Notes: a model not told the origin generated them from the sequence alone. Shown: positions 40,777-57,418, counted from the first letter of the stretch. The stretch is 64,000 nucleotides of DNA from Camelus dromedarius (GCF_036321535.1 NC_087437.1:41542001-41606000), one strand, 5' to 3'. A program made the numbers and translations.

Positions 40777-42799
40777 AGAGCCGTTGCAAAGAAAAAAATG
40801 GCATAACAAACACAAAGCATTATATTATGCAGCACATAGTAGATATTTGATATATGGTAGATCTACCTATGTAAGAAGCTATGATCAAAGTTTATATCCC
40901 ACCCTTGGTGGTAACATCCTAGTCTTCCCCTCAAATTCGGAAATCTTATACTTTCTTTCCTTCCTCACTCTCAAAATTTGCTGATTCAAAGACTTAATAA
41001 ACTCATTCACATAAGATATAAATCAGTAGTGTCAAGCAGGTTTCAACTTGCAGGTCAAGTCTAATTGATTCAAAGTGGCTTTGTGGACAGCTGTGTTGAG
41101 GAGAGGACTCTTGGAACTAGACACTCTGGGGAAGAAATCTGAGGTTCATAGCCAATGGCTGCCATGAAGGGAAAGCATGAAGGACACGTATCATATGCGC
41201 CATCTTTCCTGTGAAGGATAATGGTAAATGTTTTCCTTTCCAGAGGCATTTAAATGTTTCTAAGTATATTTGTAAGCCAAAAGGACATTTTTATCATCAA
41301 CCTGTGGGAAAGCATAAGCAAAGTAGAGGGGAGCCCCCCGATGCCTGTAAGACCACACAAGGTGGGAGGCTGCCTACATCCTAAGGAGATTCGGCATTAT
41401 CTATCCGATGGTCTGAACCCAAATCTACACCATTTTCTCCATTTAACTTAAAAAAAGTCATCATTTTTGGTTCAACTTGAACATGTCTTTCAAGTAATAC
41501 AGGAAAAAAAATTACTTGGGGTTATTATTCATTTACTATTATTCTGATTAGTTAAAATCTGTCTCTTCCCACAAGATAAATTGAAAATACAAATTTTCCT
41601 TTTACCTCTGAACCAGGGACCCTGAGATTATGTACAAATCAACTCAACTGCTTTAAATGCTTGATGGTCTAGAAAGTTTGTAAACAGTCAAGTATGTTGA
41701 AGATATTTTGACTGGCTTTCTTTTGTTTTGAATTTAAGATTTAAGACTGACTTGACCATCTAGTCTTGCATTTCTGTTTCAAACCAATGTAGCTGAGACA
41801 AGCCACAAACTCCTTACACATGCAGAAATGTGGCTTATCTTACTCCAAGGAGATAGAGAATCAAATCTAACCCACACTTTTCAAACCTCAAGTTTGAATA
41901 CACAATTTTAAAGTACATAAAAAAGGGCACATTTCTGGTTTTATGTTTTAGCCTCAAGATTGTATCTAGAAGCAGTCATTTTCTTTTGTACTGTGTCCTA
42001 TTTTTTAACTTAAAAAATAGCCTTCTCTTTATCTGCAAGCCCTGTTCCCCTTAATACAGTGGACCCAAGTTGACTATATGGATTGAAATACAGAAATTTC
42101 TTCCTGAAGGAAAATTTTCAAAACTTTCTTAATATTTGTCCCAAGTTCCTGTTCTCTCACAGCAATGCTTTTATCCTCTATAAATTCAGTACATATATCA
42201 ATTCCTTTTTATTTCTCTAAGCTCCCTAGTCAATCATGGGACAAAGACTGTCAGGACAAAAGCACTTTTTTGTGTGTCTCGAGCAGGAGTTGGCTCCATG
42301 TAGCAGCTCACAAGGTGGCGTGGGTCAGGGAGAGAAAAGACGTGCTCAGGTTACTGGGCCTCATTCTCCCAGTCTGTATTGAGGAACACCAGGTACGGAC
42401 TTTGTTCAAGAATCTGCCTTCGACTACAAAGCTCTTCCTTCTGATACCCATTTTTCTATAGTCGAGTGTCATCCATTCACTTCACAGTGTGTCATTATTC
42501 GAATAGGATGATCCTTTTGCCTGAGCAATAGTGAAAAGTTAACCTTGAGGCTGAAGGGAAGGAAGAGAATATGATTTTTGAAGAATAAGACTTAAGGGGA
42601 GAGAAGTCCTAGGAAAAAGATGTTTGGTTGGGGACTCGTGGGAGCCAGTAAGAAGCAAAAGGAGGGTTGGGGCTGGATTTGGGGACTGTGGCAACAGAGG
42701 ATGATACCAAAAGGCAAGTATGACATGCAGCTTTGCTTTGCTAGAGCCCTTCCCGGGTCTTACTGGAAAGTCTCTCTACTTCACAGTTACGACCTCAGG

Positions 42800-42995
42800 C
42801 GCTGGAGTCAGACTGCTTAGCATCCAGTCTCATTCCCTCCATTACTCACTGTGTTATTTTAACCTCCCAAAGTCTTAGTTTCCTCATCTGTAAAAATAAG
42901 GGATCAAACGGCAGTACAATTTACAGACTGGGGACTATTAAATGAGATAATCCCCCAAAAACTTAGTGCAGGGCTGGGCACGGAGTAAACGCTCC
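42800..42995 (+). mobile_element. MIR SINE
   Basis: ggagtcagactgc...agtttcctcatctgtaaaa...attaaatgagataat. Confidence 0.65.
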
Positions 42996-44165
42996 CAGTT
43001 CACGTGGCTTCAGCCAGCCAAGACCCACAGCAGCACGCACTGAAGTCTTATTGTACCAAGACCTGGTCTGTAAACGGAAAACGGCTTCCATGGTAAGAAA
43101 CTTCCTTAAAAATAAGTCAAGTGGCTTTCTTTCACCCTTACCTACCTACTTTATTCTATCACCATACAAAACATTTTGCTGTCTTTTGAAATCTACCTTG
43201 ATTCCTACATTGACATCCTTTGGAGTGTCATTTGGACATTTTTCCCAAATGTAGGAACACATTTTTCCAGGAGTATAATTTGGATGTCATTATACTTGCT
43301 TGTATATTTTCTTTCCTTTCTTTTAATAGACAAAGAGATTGAAGACATGACTCCAGTGGAATTACTTCCCTCAATTTGGTAGGACTTCTCAGCAATGATT
43401 GGCTAAGAAATGACTTTTGTACTCTAAGCTGCCCGATTTAATAAATAGGATTGTTCCGTGTATCGATTCCATGTTGATGCTAATTTGGCCTCAAGTATTT
43501 TCTTTTACCTTAATAGACATGTCAAATGTCCTGTTGTCTTGGTCATTTATCTTAAGTGGCACTGATAGCATTCAGGAACCTAGTTTGTTCTTTTTAGGGA
43601 GAAAACAAGTTCTCTTACATACTCTGTGCATAAGCAGTTTCAGAACCCCCTCCGCATCCCTTTCTCTTGCTGAGTCTTGTCTGGGTGTTTTCAGCAGGCT
43701 TCTGAGAATGCCCAGCACTGAGGGAAACACCCACGATTATTTTAACATGTCAGTGGAAACTGCTGGAGTCAGCTCTCCAGTCTGGATGACTTTTTTAGAA
43801 GCAGAAATTCGTGTTGGTGAGGGCAGGCCTCCAGTCTGCCTGCCACAGCATTTGTTTCCTTGGCTGGCCGTGTCCGCCTCCTTCAACAGCTGTGCATCGT
43901 AGTTGGTGTGGAATTACCAGCAGTATGTGCCTCAGGGTGATGGGACCCCACATTTTTGTATTAAAAAAATTAACTAACTGGATTCCTTTCTGCAGATGAA
44001 AGAACAATATGAGTTTCATCTGTTGTGTCCAATGCTCTTTCTCTCCATTTCAACATATATACTGTAAATGGTATAAAGATTTTGTATCCAGAACCAGTCT
44101 GGTGACCCATCCAGAGAAATGTCAACTTGTTTGTTGCAAACTTTCGAAGACACTACAGAAAGCTT

Positions 44166-44224
44166 GAAGGTTATAGCTAATATTGATATAGTTCGAAAGG
44201 TTGTAGCTAATACTGATACAATTC
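44166..44224. repeat. Tandem duplication of a ~30-bp unit
   Basis: gaaggttatagctaatattgatatagttc / gaaaggttgtagctaatactgatacaattc. Confidence 0.8.
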
Positions 44225-44440
44225 AAACTAGTGTACTTTCCTAAGTGCTTTGCACAGATTAGTTTATTTAACTATTGCCAAAACCCTATGAGACAGATAC
44301 TATTACGATCCTTGTTTTAAAGATGAAGGAAATGCATACAGTGAGGTGAAATAATTTTCCCAAGGTAACACGGCTCATATGCAGTGAAAGTGGAGCTGGA
44401 ACACAGTCCGATCCTGCAGTCTGCCCCTTGCTGTATTACA
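44225..44440 (-). mobile_element. MIR SINE
   Basis: ctaagtgctttgcacagatt...gaggtgaaataattttcccaaggtaacac. Confidence 0.6.
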
Positions 44441-47430
44441 TTGCTCCTTTCAATTAATTAAGCTGTGGTTTCTAAGTTCGTGTTATGAACAATAAACTGT
44501 GCTAAAAACCATGCTAAAACCAACATTAAAAAGAATAAACCTAAGGAAGAAATTTATTAAGTTTTATTAAATCTCTCAAGCAAGAGTGTGTAACAGTCAT
44601 TTGGCTATTGTCACATGATAGCCGAGAAAGCGAAAGGTTTGAAAATATGACAATAAACCCCTTAAAAATGAAGTAGGTTCCCAGACAGCCAGGGCCCTAT
44701 CTCCCTGCTCTCCTCTGGATCCTCTGGGAAACCAGGCATTGGGCTGGGTGATTGCTTTTACCCTCTAAGCACGATACATTCATGACTTGACAACAACAAT
44801 ATCTAGAACCAGATGAATAAGGTTTAGAGCCAGTCGGTAATGTGAAGGGAAACAACACTGTGGTCAGAACTGTACAGAAAAGGAGAAACGGACTGGCGCC
44901 GTTTCTTTCCTTTGTTTCACTTTCTGGCCATTGCAGTTTCCTGTCTTCAAAAGGATGCACTGCCTGGCTGTGCCCCCTGTTTTCACCCCTGGAGTTATTT
45001 CAGCAGTTCTGAAAAACATCTACTGTCAGCCAGTAGGGAGCCAGGCTTTGTGAGGTCTAGAACTTTTTAAACTGTGAGGGAGTCCTCTTTAAGAAGAAGA
45101 AGACTATTCTATAAATACAAAATTGGTGTATGCCAGAATTGCTATAACAGTCTCTTTACTTGTCTTTGTGTTTTCATTCTTTCTAGTCTAATAAGTTCTT
45201 CACACGTTTGAACTTTAGGTCTCAAAGTCTGTTTGGAGAAATGGAAATAGACGTGTGACAAAATGAGAGATCCTAAGTCAATTAAGTCTGGGAGATGCTC
45301 ATAGAATATTCACTCAGTGATTTCATGATATACATCAGCACAACAAAGGCACTAAGAAGTCCTGTATTTGAAAAATCTGCAAAAACTTATCTGTAATGGA
45401 AACCTTTTTTGTGAAATAGCTATCAGCATTTCACAAGCAAAACCCAACTTGCGAAACTTTGATCTAAGTTAATTTTCATAAAACATTCATGTATCATGCT
45501 TCCTCCCAGATGAAAACAAAAAGTTCTCTAATGTCTGCAGAATCAGGTCGAAATGAACCTGGCCAGCACCTCAGGGCATCCCCAATCTGGCCTTACGCTG
45601 TCTGAACCTCATGTACTGCCTCTTTGAGAGCAAATGGTTTGCTGCAGTGGTCCTACCATCTTCTGAGCAGCGAGCTTATTCCTTAGAGGGGGTGCCCAGC
45701 TCCATCCCTCTCATCTGCCAACCTCTCATGGAGAGCTGGGCTGCATTCTCAGACCAGCATTTGGTCCTAGACCACACTCTGCCTTGTTAACTGAATTCTT
45801 TAACTTCACAGCTTTCTCTCCCTCAGCTAACTCCTTTTCCAGAGGCAGAGAACTCCTTTTGTCTGACTCCACCATATCTAAGTGTGCACTGATGACTTGA
45901 CTGTGCAAACACATGGCACTTAATAGACATGTTGACTGAATAAATGAATTAATGAGTCAATGAGTCTTGATAAGCTTCCTTTCAAATCAACTGGCTTTGT
46001 AGAGTCCATGCTGCCTGGGCATGCCAGGGATGAACGTCTGAGCATATCAGAAGAGACCACTGATCTAGCTCCATTTCTACCGCAACATCCAGTGAAACAG
46101 AGAAGGTGAACCAAGGGAGGTGTTTGTAGAGTGGACACGCAAAGCATCTCCCTGCCTCGCCAGGGTGGCAGGATTATAGTAGGTAAAACAGGGCTCTACG
46201 AAAAGGCTTTAGAAGATGTATGTATATGCAACACTGGGATAAAACATCCTTTGCTGATCATAAAAATACACAATTCGCAGCAATACCTTTTCAACAGATG
46301 CTTAATCCGCATCTACTAACTTTGATAAGTTGATCACCAAGTCCATTTTAATGCCATCTCAAATATTAAATTAGATTCTCTTATTTTTTTAATATCAAGG
46401 CTCCTATTTCATCTTACAGCATAGGTAATTCTTCCCTCCAAGTAGAATAAAATTAAACAGGTTCATAAAATATCCATTAACTTACATATGAATGCATATC
46501 TATCTGTGCCTCTAAGTTTAAATTAGTTGTCTCCCTTAGCCTGAGATGATGAAGTATTTGCTGTAGGTTTTTTTCTCAAGTGATTTATCTTTTTGATTGT
46601 TCTATTATTTGATGTATGGTTTGAAATGTCTACTTATTTCTCATATACACACACATCTACTTACAGATAGTACAAAGTAATTGATTTAGGCATTTCACGT
46701 ATATAATTATATTCACTAGAATCCATGTCTAAATTACATAACTCCACAACAGGGATGTCACAACCGACTGCTGCATCTTTACTTAAATGATGCTTTTGAT
46801 GCTGATAGTCATGGCTTTGAACAAAAGGCAATGCCAAAGGTGGCCCATCTAAGCTCTGTCCCTGAGTGATCTCAAGATATCTGGGCTGGAGTTAGTAGAG
46901 GGAGTGGACTGAGTGACAATGGACTCCACCTCTGCTGATAACCAGCCAGATCACTCTGGACAAGTTTCACAGTCCCACTGGGTCTTCATTTTCTTTTTTG
47001 TAATTTGCATTGGACTGAATGTGGTAAAATTTTGTGACTCTATTAAGCAAATTCCTTGTTCTATTAAAAGAGCCTCTGAAAGGCATTTGGTTAATCAGGG
47101 ACTAAAATTAGATTGAACTATAACTAGCTTCCTGGATGTTAAGTTTCAGCCACATTCCTGGTACTTAACTGGTTATCAGTCCCAGGTTTACTGTGTATCA
47201 CGTTGCTAGGGTCACTTCAGAAGGAATTACAGGACAAGCCTCTCCTTGACTGGTGTTTTCTAAAGATATGCATTTAGTATATTTACACAATAATTTTAAA
47301 AGGAGGATAAATTGCATATATTTAAAATAGAAAATGTAATACTATACCTCTCCCCATCCAAAAAAAAAAAGAGAGAATATAATACTGAATTTTGAAAGGT
47401 CTTTTCAGGTTTGCTTTGGAGTTGTCCTTA

Positions 47431-47631
<201 letters not shown>

Positions 47632-48813
47632 CTAAAATAAAAACAGGTTAAAAAAAAAGATTCAAATGAAAAAATAGTTCCAGTCTTCCCTACTTTGTGA
47701 TTAGTAAGAGAAATTCAGGTTCAATTGAAAAAGAAAAATGTCAACAGTGGGTGTTTCCAGGTGAAGAGGCAATAGATTATTTATTTTTATTTTCTTTCTG
47801 TTTCCCAGAGGCAGAAAATTCCTTTTTTCCTTCTTTTATCCTTTGGAGTAAGCATTATTGCTTTGTATTTTTAAAGAAAGCATAAATATAACCTAGAGAT
47901 ACAGAAGTATACAATTGCAAAAATGGGATTATTTTATAAACTGAATTTTTACTATGCTGGAGATATCGTGCAACAGCAAGATAGCACTATGTATCATTTT
48001 AAAATAACTTCATAGTAAAATGGCACGGAATAATCATAATTTGTTTAACAAATTGAGCATTTCAGTTGTTTCTAATTTTATTCGAATTATTAGAAACAAT
48101 ATCAAAATTAATTACTTATTAAATAACTTCTTTAGCTTTAAATACCTGAAATAGATTTTGAGTCAAATGTTACATACTTCGAAAAAAGAAACCCTTTTTT
48201 GTGTTGTACCGATTTATCCTCCCAGGAGCAGGATATAAGAGCATCAGAGAGCCGAAACCCAACCACAGGTATTTGCAGTGTTTTTATCTTTGTCAGTCCA
48301 GCAGGTTAAAAACACTATCCCTTTACTTATTCATTCATTCCCCTCTAAATTCTTGTTAAAAATATCTCCACTCTTTCTAAGAGCTCCCACTGTTTATAAT
48401 GTTATGTAAATGAAAAATAAGGTGACCCTTTAAGTTGTTAATGCAACTAAATCTTTTTCCAAATTACCTCCAAATTATAAGGAGAAAATGCCTTATCACC
48501 ATTAAAGAAAAATAAAATGGAACCTTAATAACACCTGGACAATAGGTACCTGACTATGAATGTTAGGTCAAACTCTTACAGATAATGAAGGCAGACTAAA
48601 GAAGACATGACCTGGAGAAAAGACAAATGGCTTCATCCCATCCTGCTTACTTTGCTCAGAACCACTTCTCAGAAGCCTGTACCAATATGAACTGAGGGCA
48701 GGGCCAGGACTGGAAGGACTTGAAGCTCCAGCCTTCTCACCTGAACAAGGCTCCCAGCCTCCACATTAGCCCAGTAGCCCTGCAAGTGCCTACCAGGCCA
48801 GGCCAGACGCTCA

Positions 48814-49281
<468 letters not shown>

Positions 49282-49852
49282 CTATGTGTGTATTTCTTGG
49301 CTCGGGTAGAACGATACCTTTATAGCCAAGAGAAACATAGATCTCACACTGAGGAACACAGTCCCCCATGTACCTCTCCCAAATATGTTTCCATTTCACT
49401 TAGTATTAGATAATCAGCTGGCAAGGCAGAGGTGAGTTGGTATAAATTATCTAAGGCTGTACTTGATGCTACATTTTTCTTTTTTATCCTGTTGAAATAA
49501 CAGCAAGCTACACATGCAGTGCAATTTCTACTTCCTTTTAGATAGGTGAGTGCAGTAATAATCTGAAATGTGTTGTTTTAATGCTGGAAGATGCAGATGA
49601 TAAGCAGAAAAGATGATCAAAGGAAGGGTACCATCTCTTGGAGAATTACAGATTATTACCCTGAAACATGTCTATATGAAAGCTGGAGATTTCAAACAAG
49701 TAAGCTCTATTTCATTTTCTTTCCTTACTACACATAGAAGGAAAAGCCCTTAAGTATATGACTGAATCGCAGGCTCCAGTGTTTGACCAAATATTCAGAA
49801 TAAAATAAAGCAAAACAAAAGATACTAGATCATGCACATGCACACTTGTTCA

Positions 49853-50059
<207 letters not shown>

Positions 50060-52569
50060 TCAGAGACTGAGGCGGGCCCTGGAGAGGGAAGCTCAACTCT
50101 CACTTATTAAACAGTAAGCCTCCTAACTAGGGCTCCGTGTGTCCATTCCATCTGAGGCTGTGGGGTGGTAAAGTTCTAAAACCCTCACAAGTTTATTATG
50201 ACTTGGTGGTTGGGGCTACAACCAGGTTCATCACCGGACAATGAAATTAAACATTCTTATTCTCACCACCCACTAGATTTCTGGAAAAATGGATCGCAGG
50301 GCTAACTGTGAATAAAGAACCTGCTAGGAGAGACTGTGAGAGAGCAGTAAGGCCAGCCAGGCAGAGGAGAATGAAATGCAGAGGCCATGAAGAAGTCATG
50401 TCCTTCTCTTTCTCCAGACAACATGGGGCTCACCTAAAGTAGAACTCTTTGTCTTTTGCATCTCAAAAGGTAAGAACCTCAAATCTGCAGACAGCCCATG
50501 TTCCAGCCCTGGAATTGACCAGTTAAGTGACACTAAGCTTCATTTTTTGGAGACAGAAATCCTTTATATGCGAAAGGAAGAATTTGGCCCAAGTGACATC
50601 TAAGATCTTTTGGGTTCTAACATTCTGTATTTTTAAAGTCATAAATAACAATCCCAAAAAATATCACAACAACAGACAAAAGCTTAAGATCACAGGTGCA
50701 GAAGCAGCGATCTACTTCAGTGCTTCACAAAGAGCTTTGGCGGGAATATTTAACCTAAGGGGAAATCTGTAGACTTAAATCGTTTGTGTGTTTAAGATGA
50801 CCACAAAGCAGGAAAACCAGAAGAACCACAAATCACAAAATGCAGCGCTTGGCACAACATAACAGATAGACATTGGATGCAAAAGTGTTTGTTGAATGAA
50901 TAAATGGTACCACATGCAGGAACCAGTGAGAGTACTGGCCTGTCCCCACCCTACCCCCTACCCTGGCCACCACACTGCCCCAGATCTCTCTTTCCAAAAT
51001 GCAGACTCCTTGCTTAAAAGCCTTCTAGGATGACCTACTGCCTATAGGGGTCAAATCCTAAGGGATTAGTGTACATAGGCAGCTTTTCTCAAACTGCTGC
51101 CAATCTCTCCTTCTGGTCGTTGTTCTCCGCACACAACCCAGGCCCCATGCACACCACATTTCTCACTGATTTTGACAGGCCTGGTCCATCATGTCTCTTT
51201 GCAGCTAGCACATTATTCCTTCTGCCTGGAATGTTCTTCTCTTCCTCTCGGTCTCATCTTATCAACCTTCAAGAGCCACATCAGCTGTCACCTGCCCTGG
51301 GGACACCTCCCAGGTCCTGGCAGAGAGAGGCAGCCCCTGGCACTGCTGCAGAACCATTAATAGCTGCACACCCCAGGGCCTCGGACTCTGTGACCCAACT
51401 GTGTAACTGTGTTCCCTCCCTGCCCTCCACTGACTCATCTACAAACTCGGGGCTGAGAAGTGTCTCCCCTCAGGGCCTGGTGCAGCTCCTGGCACTCAGC
51501 AGACTGTCCTTTAAGTATTTGCAGAGCAAACGTTTTTAAACTATCACCACACACACTATCTCAGAGTGAATAATTAACCTCCAAAGGTTACTGAAATTTT
51601 CTGTAAAAGAAAAATGCCTTAGGCTGCTAACGATTAACAAAACTTAGTAATGTTAAAGACAGAATTCTATTGATTTCTCACAGTGATTTGTTTTCCTGCT
51701 CTCTAAGCCTGAAAGGCCAAAGTACTGGTAGGTCTGTTTGCTCACCTATAGGCTCTTTATAATAAGCATGGCACTTTGTTTAAAAAAAGGAAAAGAAAAA
51801 CCTTTTTAAAATAATAGTATCAAGGCAAGCAGTGTCGATTTGAAATTCTCCCTCTTGCAACATGATTTTGAGAGAAAAAAATCCTGAAGATGGCTGAGTG
51901 ATTTTGAATTAAAATATATACTACAGAAATCTACCATGGTTACTAGTCACATTTCAAATGAGCTGATTTTAGTGCAGTTTTTCTACTTAAAAACCCACAG
52001 TGATCTTGCATGCACACTCTGAACTGACTTCTGTACGGCACCAGTAAGGTTCACTAGGAGCCCCATTCAGCATGGTCATTTGCATTCAAGTGAAACTGAC
52101 ATTGCAGAGAAGCAATCCAGCTCAAATCTTCAGGAAAGGAAGTCGCTAATTCAAGCAAGCATTCAGTTTCAAATTTCTAACAAAGAGTCACTCTATGCTT
52201 AATTTACATTTCAAGTCCTATAAGACAATGTAAGTTTAAGTCATTACATGACTTACATGTAGAGCTGTGCTTATTAAGCTTCCTTTATTATTCATAGTAG
52301 AACCTTACTTTTTTTCCTACACAAATTCACATGGCACTCCAATGTAAAACAGCACAAGTGGGGTTTTTCTGGTTGAAGTGCTACCAGTGGAGGTGAGAGG
52401 GTCCAGGGCCCTCAGCATTATCCGCAGAGCCCCCTGAGGTCCAAGGAATAGGCTTTGCAAATCATTGCTCCAGAAGGACTCAACTATCCTCGGACTTTCC
52501 TTTTTAAGTAAATTCAGTTTTCATATTAAAAAAATTAAACTAGTAACTTAACGTAGTTAATGGAAAGAG

Positions 52570-53230
52570 TCCTCTCGGCTCCCACATTCCATATCCACTG
52601 TATCAGCAAATGCTGCCAGCCCCACCCAATAAATGTATTCAGTACTTGTCTGGTCACTACTTGCCACCAGGGTCTGCTCTGAAGAAAATGTAAGTCAGAC
52701 CTTGTCTGTTCTCTGCTCAAGACCTTTTGATGACTTCCTTTTTCACTCAAAGTATAAACCACAATTCTGTATCTACCCCACCCTCCCCAGCCGTGCTCCT
52801 CTCATTCTCCCCCAGCCCCCCACCTAGGCCACACTCCTGGAACACACCAACCTCCTCCCCCCAAGCCTTTACACTTGCTACTCCTCCTGGCGGAATTCTC
52901 TCCCCACCCCAGATATGCCCTTAACTCATTCTTCTCTTCCTTTTGATCTCTGTGGAAAACTCCCCTCATTGGAAAAGCATTCTCTGACCCCATCCTATAC
53001 AAAACAGTAGCTCCTCCCCCTACCCTTCCCCCACTCCCCCGTACTATTGTTCTCCATGTTCTTACTACCTGTTACACTGTGTTTGATGATCTATTTGTAT
53101 ATACAGTTTCCATCCTTACTCTCCAACTAGTTAACTGAACTTTGTGTTGTTCACTCCATCCCTGGTACCTAGAACAGAGATTAGCATATTACAGGAGCTC
53201 AGTAAGTACCTATTTAACTAACAAACAAAT
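52570..53230. mobile_element. LINE-2 fragment with 3' end
   Basis: catatccactgtatcagcaaatgctg; tgtgttgttcact...cctagaacagag...ctcagtaagt. Confidence 0.6.
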
Positions 53231-54588
53231 CATACACATTTATTTCTGTACTTGCACTTACTGTTTTTAATGATTGTGCAATTCCATCAAGGGGATGAAC
53301 TGCTCATTGTGTTCCTCACCATCTCCTACAATTGGATATTTAGATTGTTTACTTTTCTTTCTCTTTCTCTCTCTATCAATAGAAAACACATCCAGTGCAG
53401 GGATGAGGGTTTCCATCAACACCTGCAAACCACCCACATTGCTGTCCTCAAATCACCACTGGGGGAATCACCCCTCTTGGCCTGCCCCTGGCCTGAATCG
53501 CTTAATGTATTCTGTACCTAACTTGCATCTTCTTTCCCACTTGTTCCCAGTCCTGTTTTCAGCAAGACTAACACTCTGCCCCCTCAGCTTCATGTTCTGG
53601 CAACCTCATTCCTCCAACTCATCTTTAACTTCAGTCCTAATGCAGCAAAGCCGCACACCAGAATTACAAAGCAATACCTGGCCCTGTTTGCAACCCTTTA
53701 ATGTCTGCCCCTGCATTTGCCTGTGGCCTGGCCTCTCTGGACTTCCCAGTTCCCTGTCTCAGGGCTATGAAGCTCTGTGGAGCACAGGAATTTACTGTGA
53801 GCTATCCCTGAATCCACACAGGCATCAGGTACCAGCTGTAAGCTAAATAGATAAAATGTCTCTCCATATACCTTCTTCTCCCTATTTTAATGTGTATCAA
53901 TGTTTTTGTGATTTACATATGTGGTTGTATTTAACAGTTACACTGGATCTTTAGTTCACTATATTTAGTTAATCAATTTAAAACTTGCAGTGTCCCCAGA
54001 CTGAGGAATGCTGGGAACCACTGCTTAAGGTAGAGCATAATATATCAGGGTTGTTAGCTCCTGACAGCCACAACTCACTCCCATCCAGCCGTGCTAGCTG
54101 GGCTCTCTCTCAGTCATCTCATAAACAGTACGTAGAACCGTGGGCTTGAGAATTTCGTCAAAAGGTCCTGAGGTAGTCATCTGCATTTCTGCTAAATCAC
54201 AAGTCTGAATCATGATCTCTGGGAAGCTGACAAACTGGAACTTCGCTGGGCAAGTCCCTTATCATCTCTAACCCTGAGTTTCTCCATCTGCAAAGAGGAG
54301 ATAACCCTATTACTACCAACACCACAAGTGCCTAGGGCAGGGAGGGGCAGCATCTGCACACAATTAACACTAGCTTACAATTTTACTACGGCTGCTATTT
54401 ATCATGATAATTACTTGTCCCTTTATCTGATCTGAATTCCTCTTCATTCTCGCCACCATATTTTGGCCCTGATTAATTTATTGAGAACCTAGGTCTTACA
54501 GAAGCTTATCCGATGACCATTTCTAATATGTACGTGGCGTGAAAACTGTGCGAACAGAAAGCCAATCCAGAAACACAAGCGCTCTGCT

Positions 54589-54594
54589 CATGCA
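54589..54594 (-). promoter_or_regulatory. UGCAUG (RBFOX) motif about 50 nt downstream of the cassette-exon donor
   Basis: Plus-strand catgca reads TGCATG in the transcript; the position is typical of RBFOX intronic enhancers. Confidence 0.5.
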
Positions 54595-54642
54595 GCACAA
54601 GCGGAAGCCTCGGGCGGTTCTGGCGCTGCGCACATCACTTAC

Positions 54643-54756
54643 CCGTGTTAGGTCCAGTGAGCCCCTGCTCAGACTCACTGGAAGAGCGAAAGAGTCTCAA
54701 GTGAGGTTTTAAACCATGGATTAAATTCTGACGGCTCCTACAGTGATTACAATAAC
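54643..54756 (-). CDS. PLD1: PLD1 cassette exon (16), 114 nt, PLD1a-specific 38-aa insert (S)[37 protein letters not shown](D)
   Basis: Acceptor TTTCTCCAG|GT, donor ACGG|GTAAGT; symmetric phase 1/1. Skipping joins A+AC = Asn, as in PLD1b. Missed by the ORF track. Confidence 0.94.
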
Positions 54757-55338
54757 CTGGAGAAAGTTGAGAGTTCTTTTTTTACAAAGGAATACATAAA
54801 TATGCCATGCTTCCTAAACTGGGAAGCAGGTTCCATCATTTTAAAAACTAGACAAGGCTATAAAATCAGTCACAGATTCTGTGCAGCAGAGAACTGCAGA
54901 GCTTTAAGACACATTTGAAAAGTACAGTGAATTTACAAAATGTAGAAAATCTGATGTTTGAGGATAAAAGCTGGATGTACTTCTGGACAGGAAGAGAAAT
55001 GAAATTTCTTTTGTGAAAAGCTTACAATGTGCCCCTAATACTTTTCTTTTTCCTTCACACCTTGGCCTTGTTTTAGAAATGCTTAGGTAGCCTGCTACCA
55101 CTGGAAGCCTGAATCGTGGTTGTTATCACTACTTAGGCGAAAAAGACAAGAAATCTGTTCTAAAAGGAGTCAAACAAAGCCCTGAAATGGCACGAGACCG
55201 AAGAGGATGATATAGTGACCTTTCAGTACTGCTCATTGTTCAGTGTCCACTGTACAGGACAGATTCTGAAAACAGGCACACAGGGTCTGGCCCTGGAGGA
55301 ACAGAGCGTAGCAGAGATCAGTTCCAGCAGAGACTTAC

Positions 55339-55552
55339 TGGAGGCGCTGTCAATGCTGCTGATGCTGTCCGCGTTGTGCAGGTGGTGCCTGTGCAGCTGC
55401 CGGTACAGGCTGAACTTGGAGAATTTTCCCGGCTTTCCTATTCCTTTCAGTTTTGAGTCCCTATCATCAACATTCTTCAGGACGGGCGGACTTTTATTAG
55501 ATTCGTTTTTATCTTTGTGGCTTAAGGATTCCATAGACTCTGTTGTTTCAGC
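55339..55552 (-). CDS. PLD1: PLD1 exon (15), 214 nt, loop region [10 protein letters not shown]...[14 protein letters not shown]...SIDSAS
   Basis: Acceptor TTCTCAG|GCT after a long pyrimidine tract, donor TCCA|GTAAGT; phase 0/1. Confidence 0.95.
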
Positions 55553-56009
55553 CTGAGAAAATTATTAAAAAAAAGAAAAGAAAGAAAAGAAAAGAAACTG
55601 CATAAGATACTGTGCAATGTGGTCCTTTAATTCCAGCTGAGCTGATATATAAAGCTTACACATGATGAAGGGTCCCCAACAGACACCCAAGAACGTGTGA
55701 GGTCAGCCACAGGGCAGTGGGTGATTCTTATGAGCTGTTTAAATACTCCAAAGGAATACCAGGCAGTCCATTACAGTTCTTCTTCCCCTGGGCCACATTC
55801 CTGAAATTTCATGCCAATTAACCTTTTTTGTCTCCAATACAATTCCATGAGTTCTATTCCCTGTTGAGTTACTGAGCTTATTCCTCTGATAAACATGAAG
55901 TAAGCGATACTTTTTCTGTCAATTATTTTCCTTGTTACCTTTTCACTAAGTCTCTATTTTCCCAGAATAGTCACCAACACGTTCAGCAGTAAAATAAGAT
56001 GGAGCCCAT

Positions 56010-57418
<1,409 letters not shown>

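Noticed and set aside
43417..43902. 161-aa plus-strand ORF and nearby non-repetitive sequence as a possible nested gene or pseudogene
   Set aside because: No recognisable protein in the frames I read on either strand, and no poly(A) or TSD.
51069..51539. 156-aa ORF
   Set aside because: Overlaps LINE-2-like degenerate sequence; no protein similarity.
53274..53846. Longest intronic ORF (190 aa, plus strand)
   Set aside because: Non-ATG start, Leu/Ser/Pro-rich composition, no recognisable domain or splice structure; consistent with a chance ORF.
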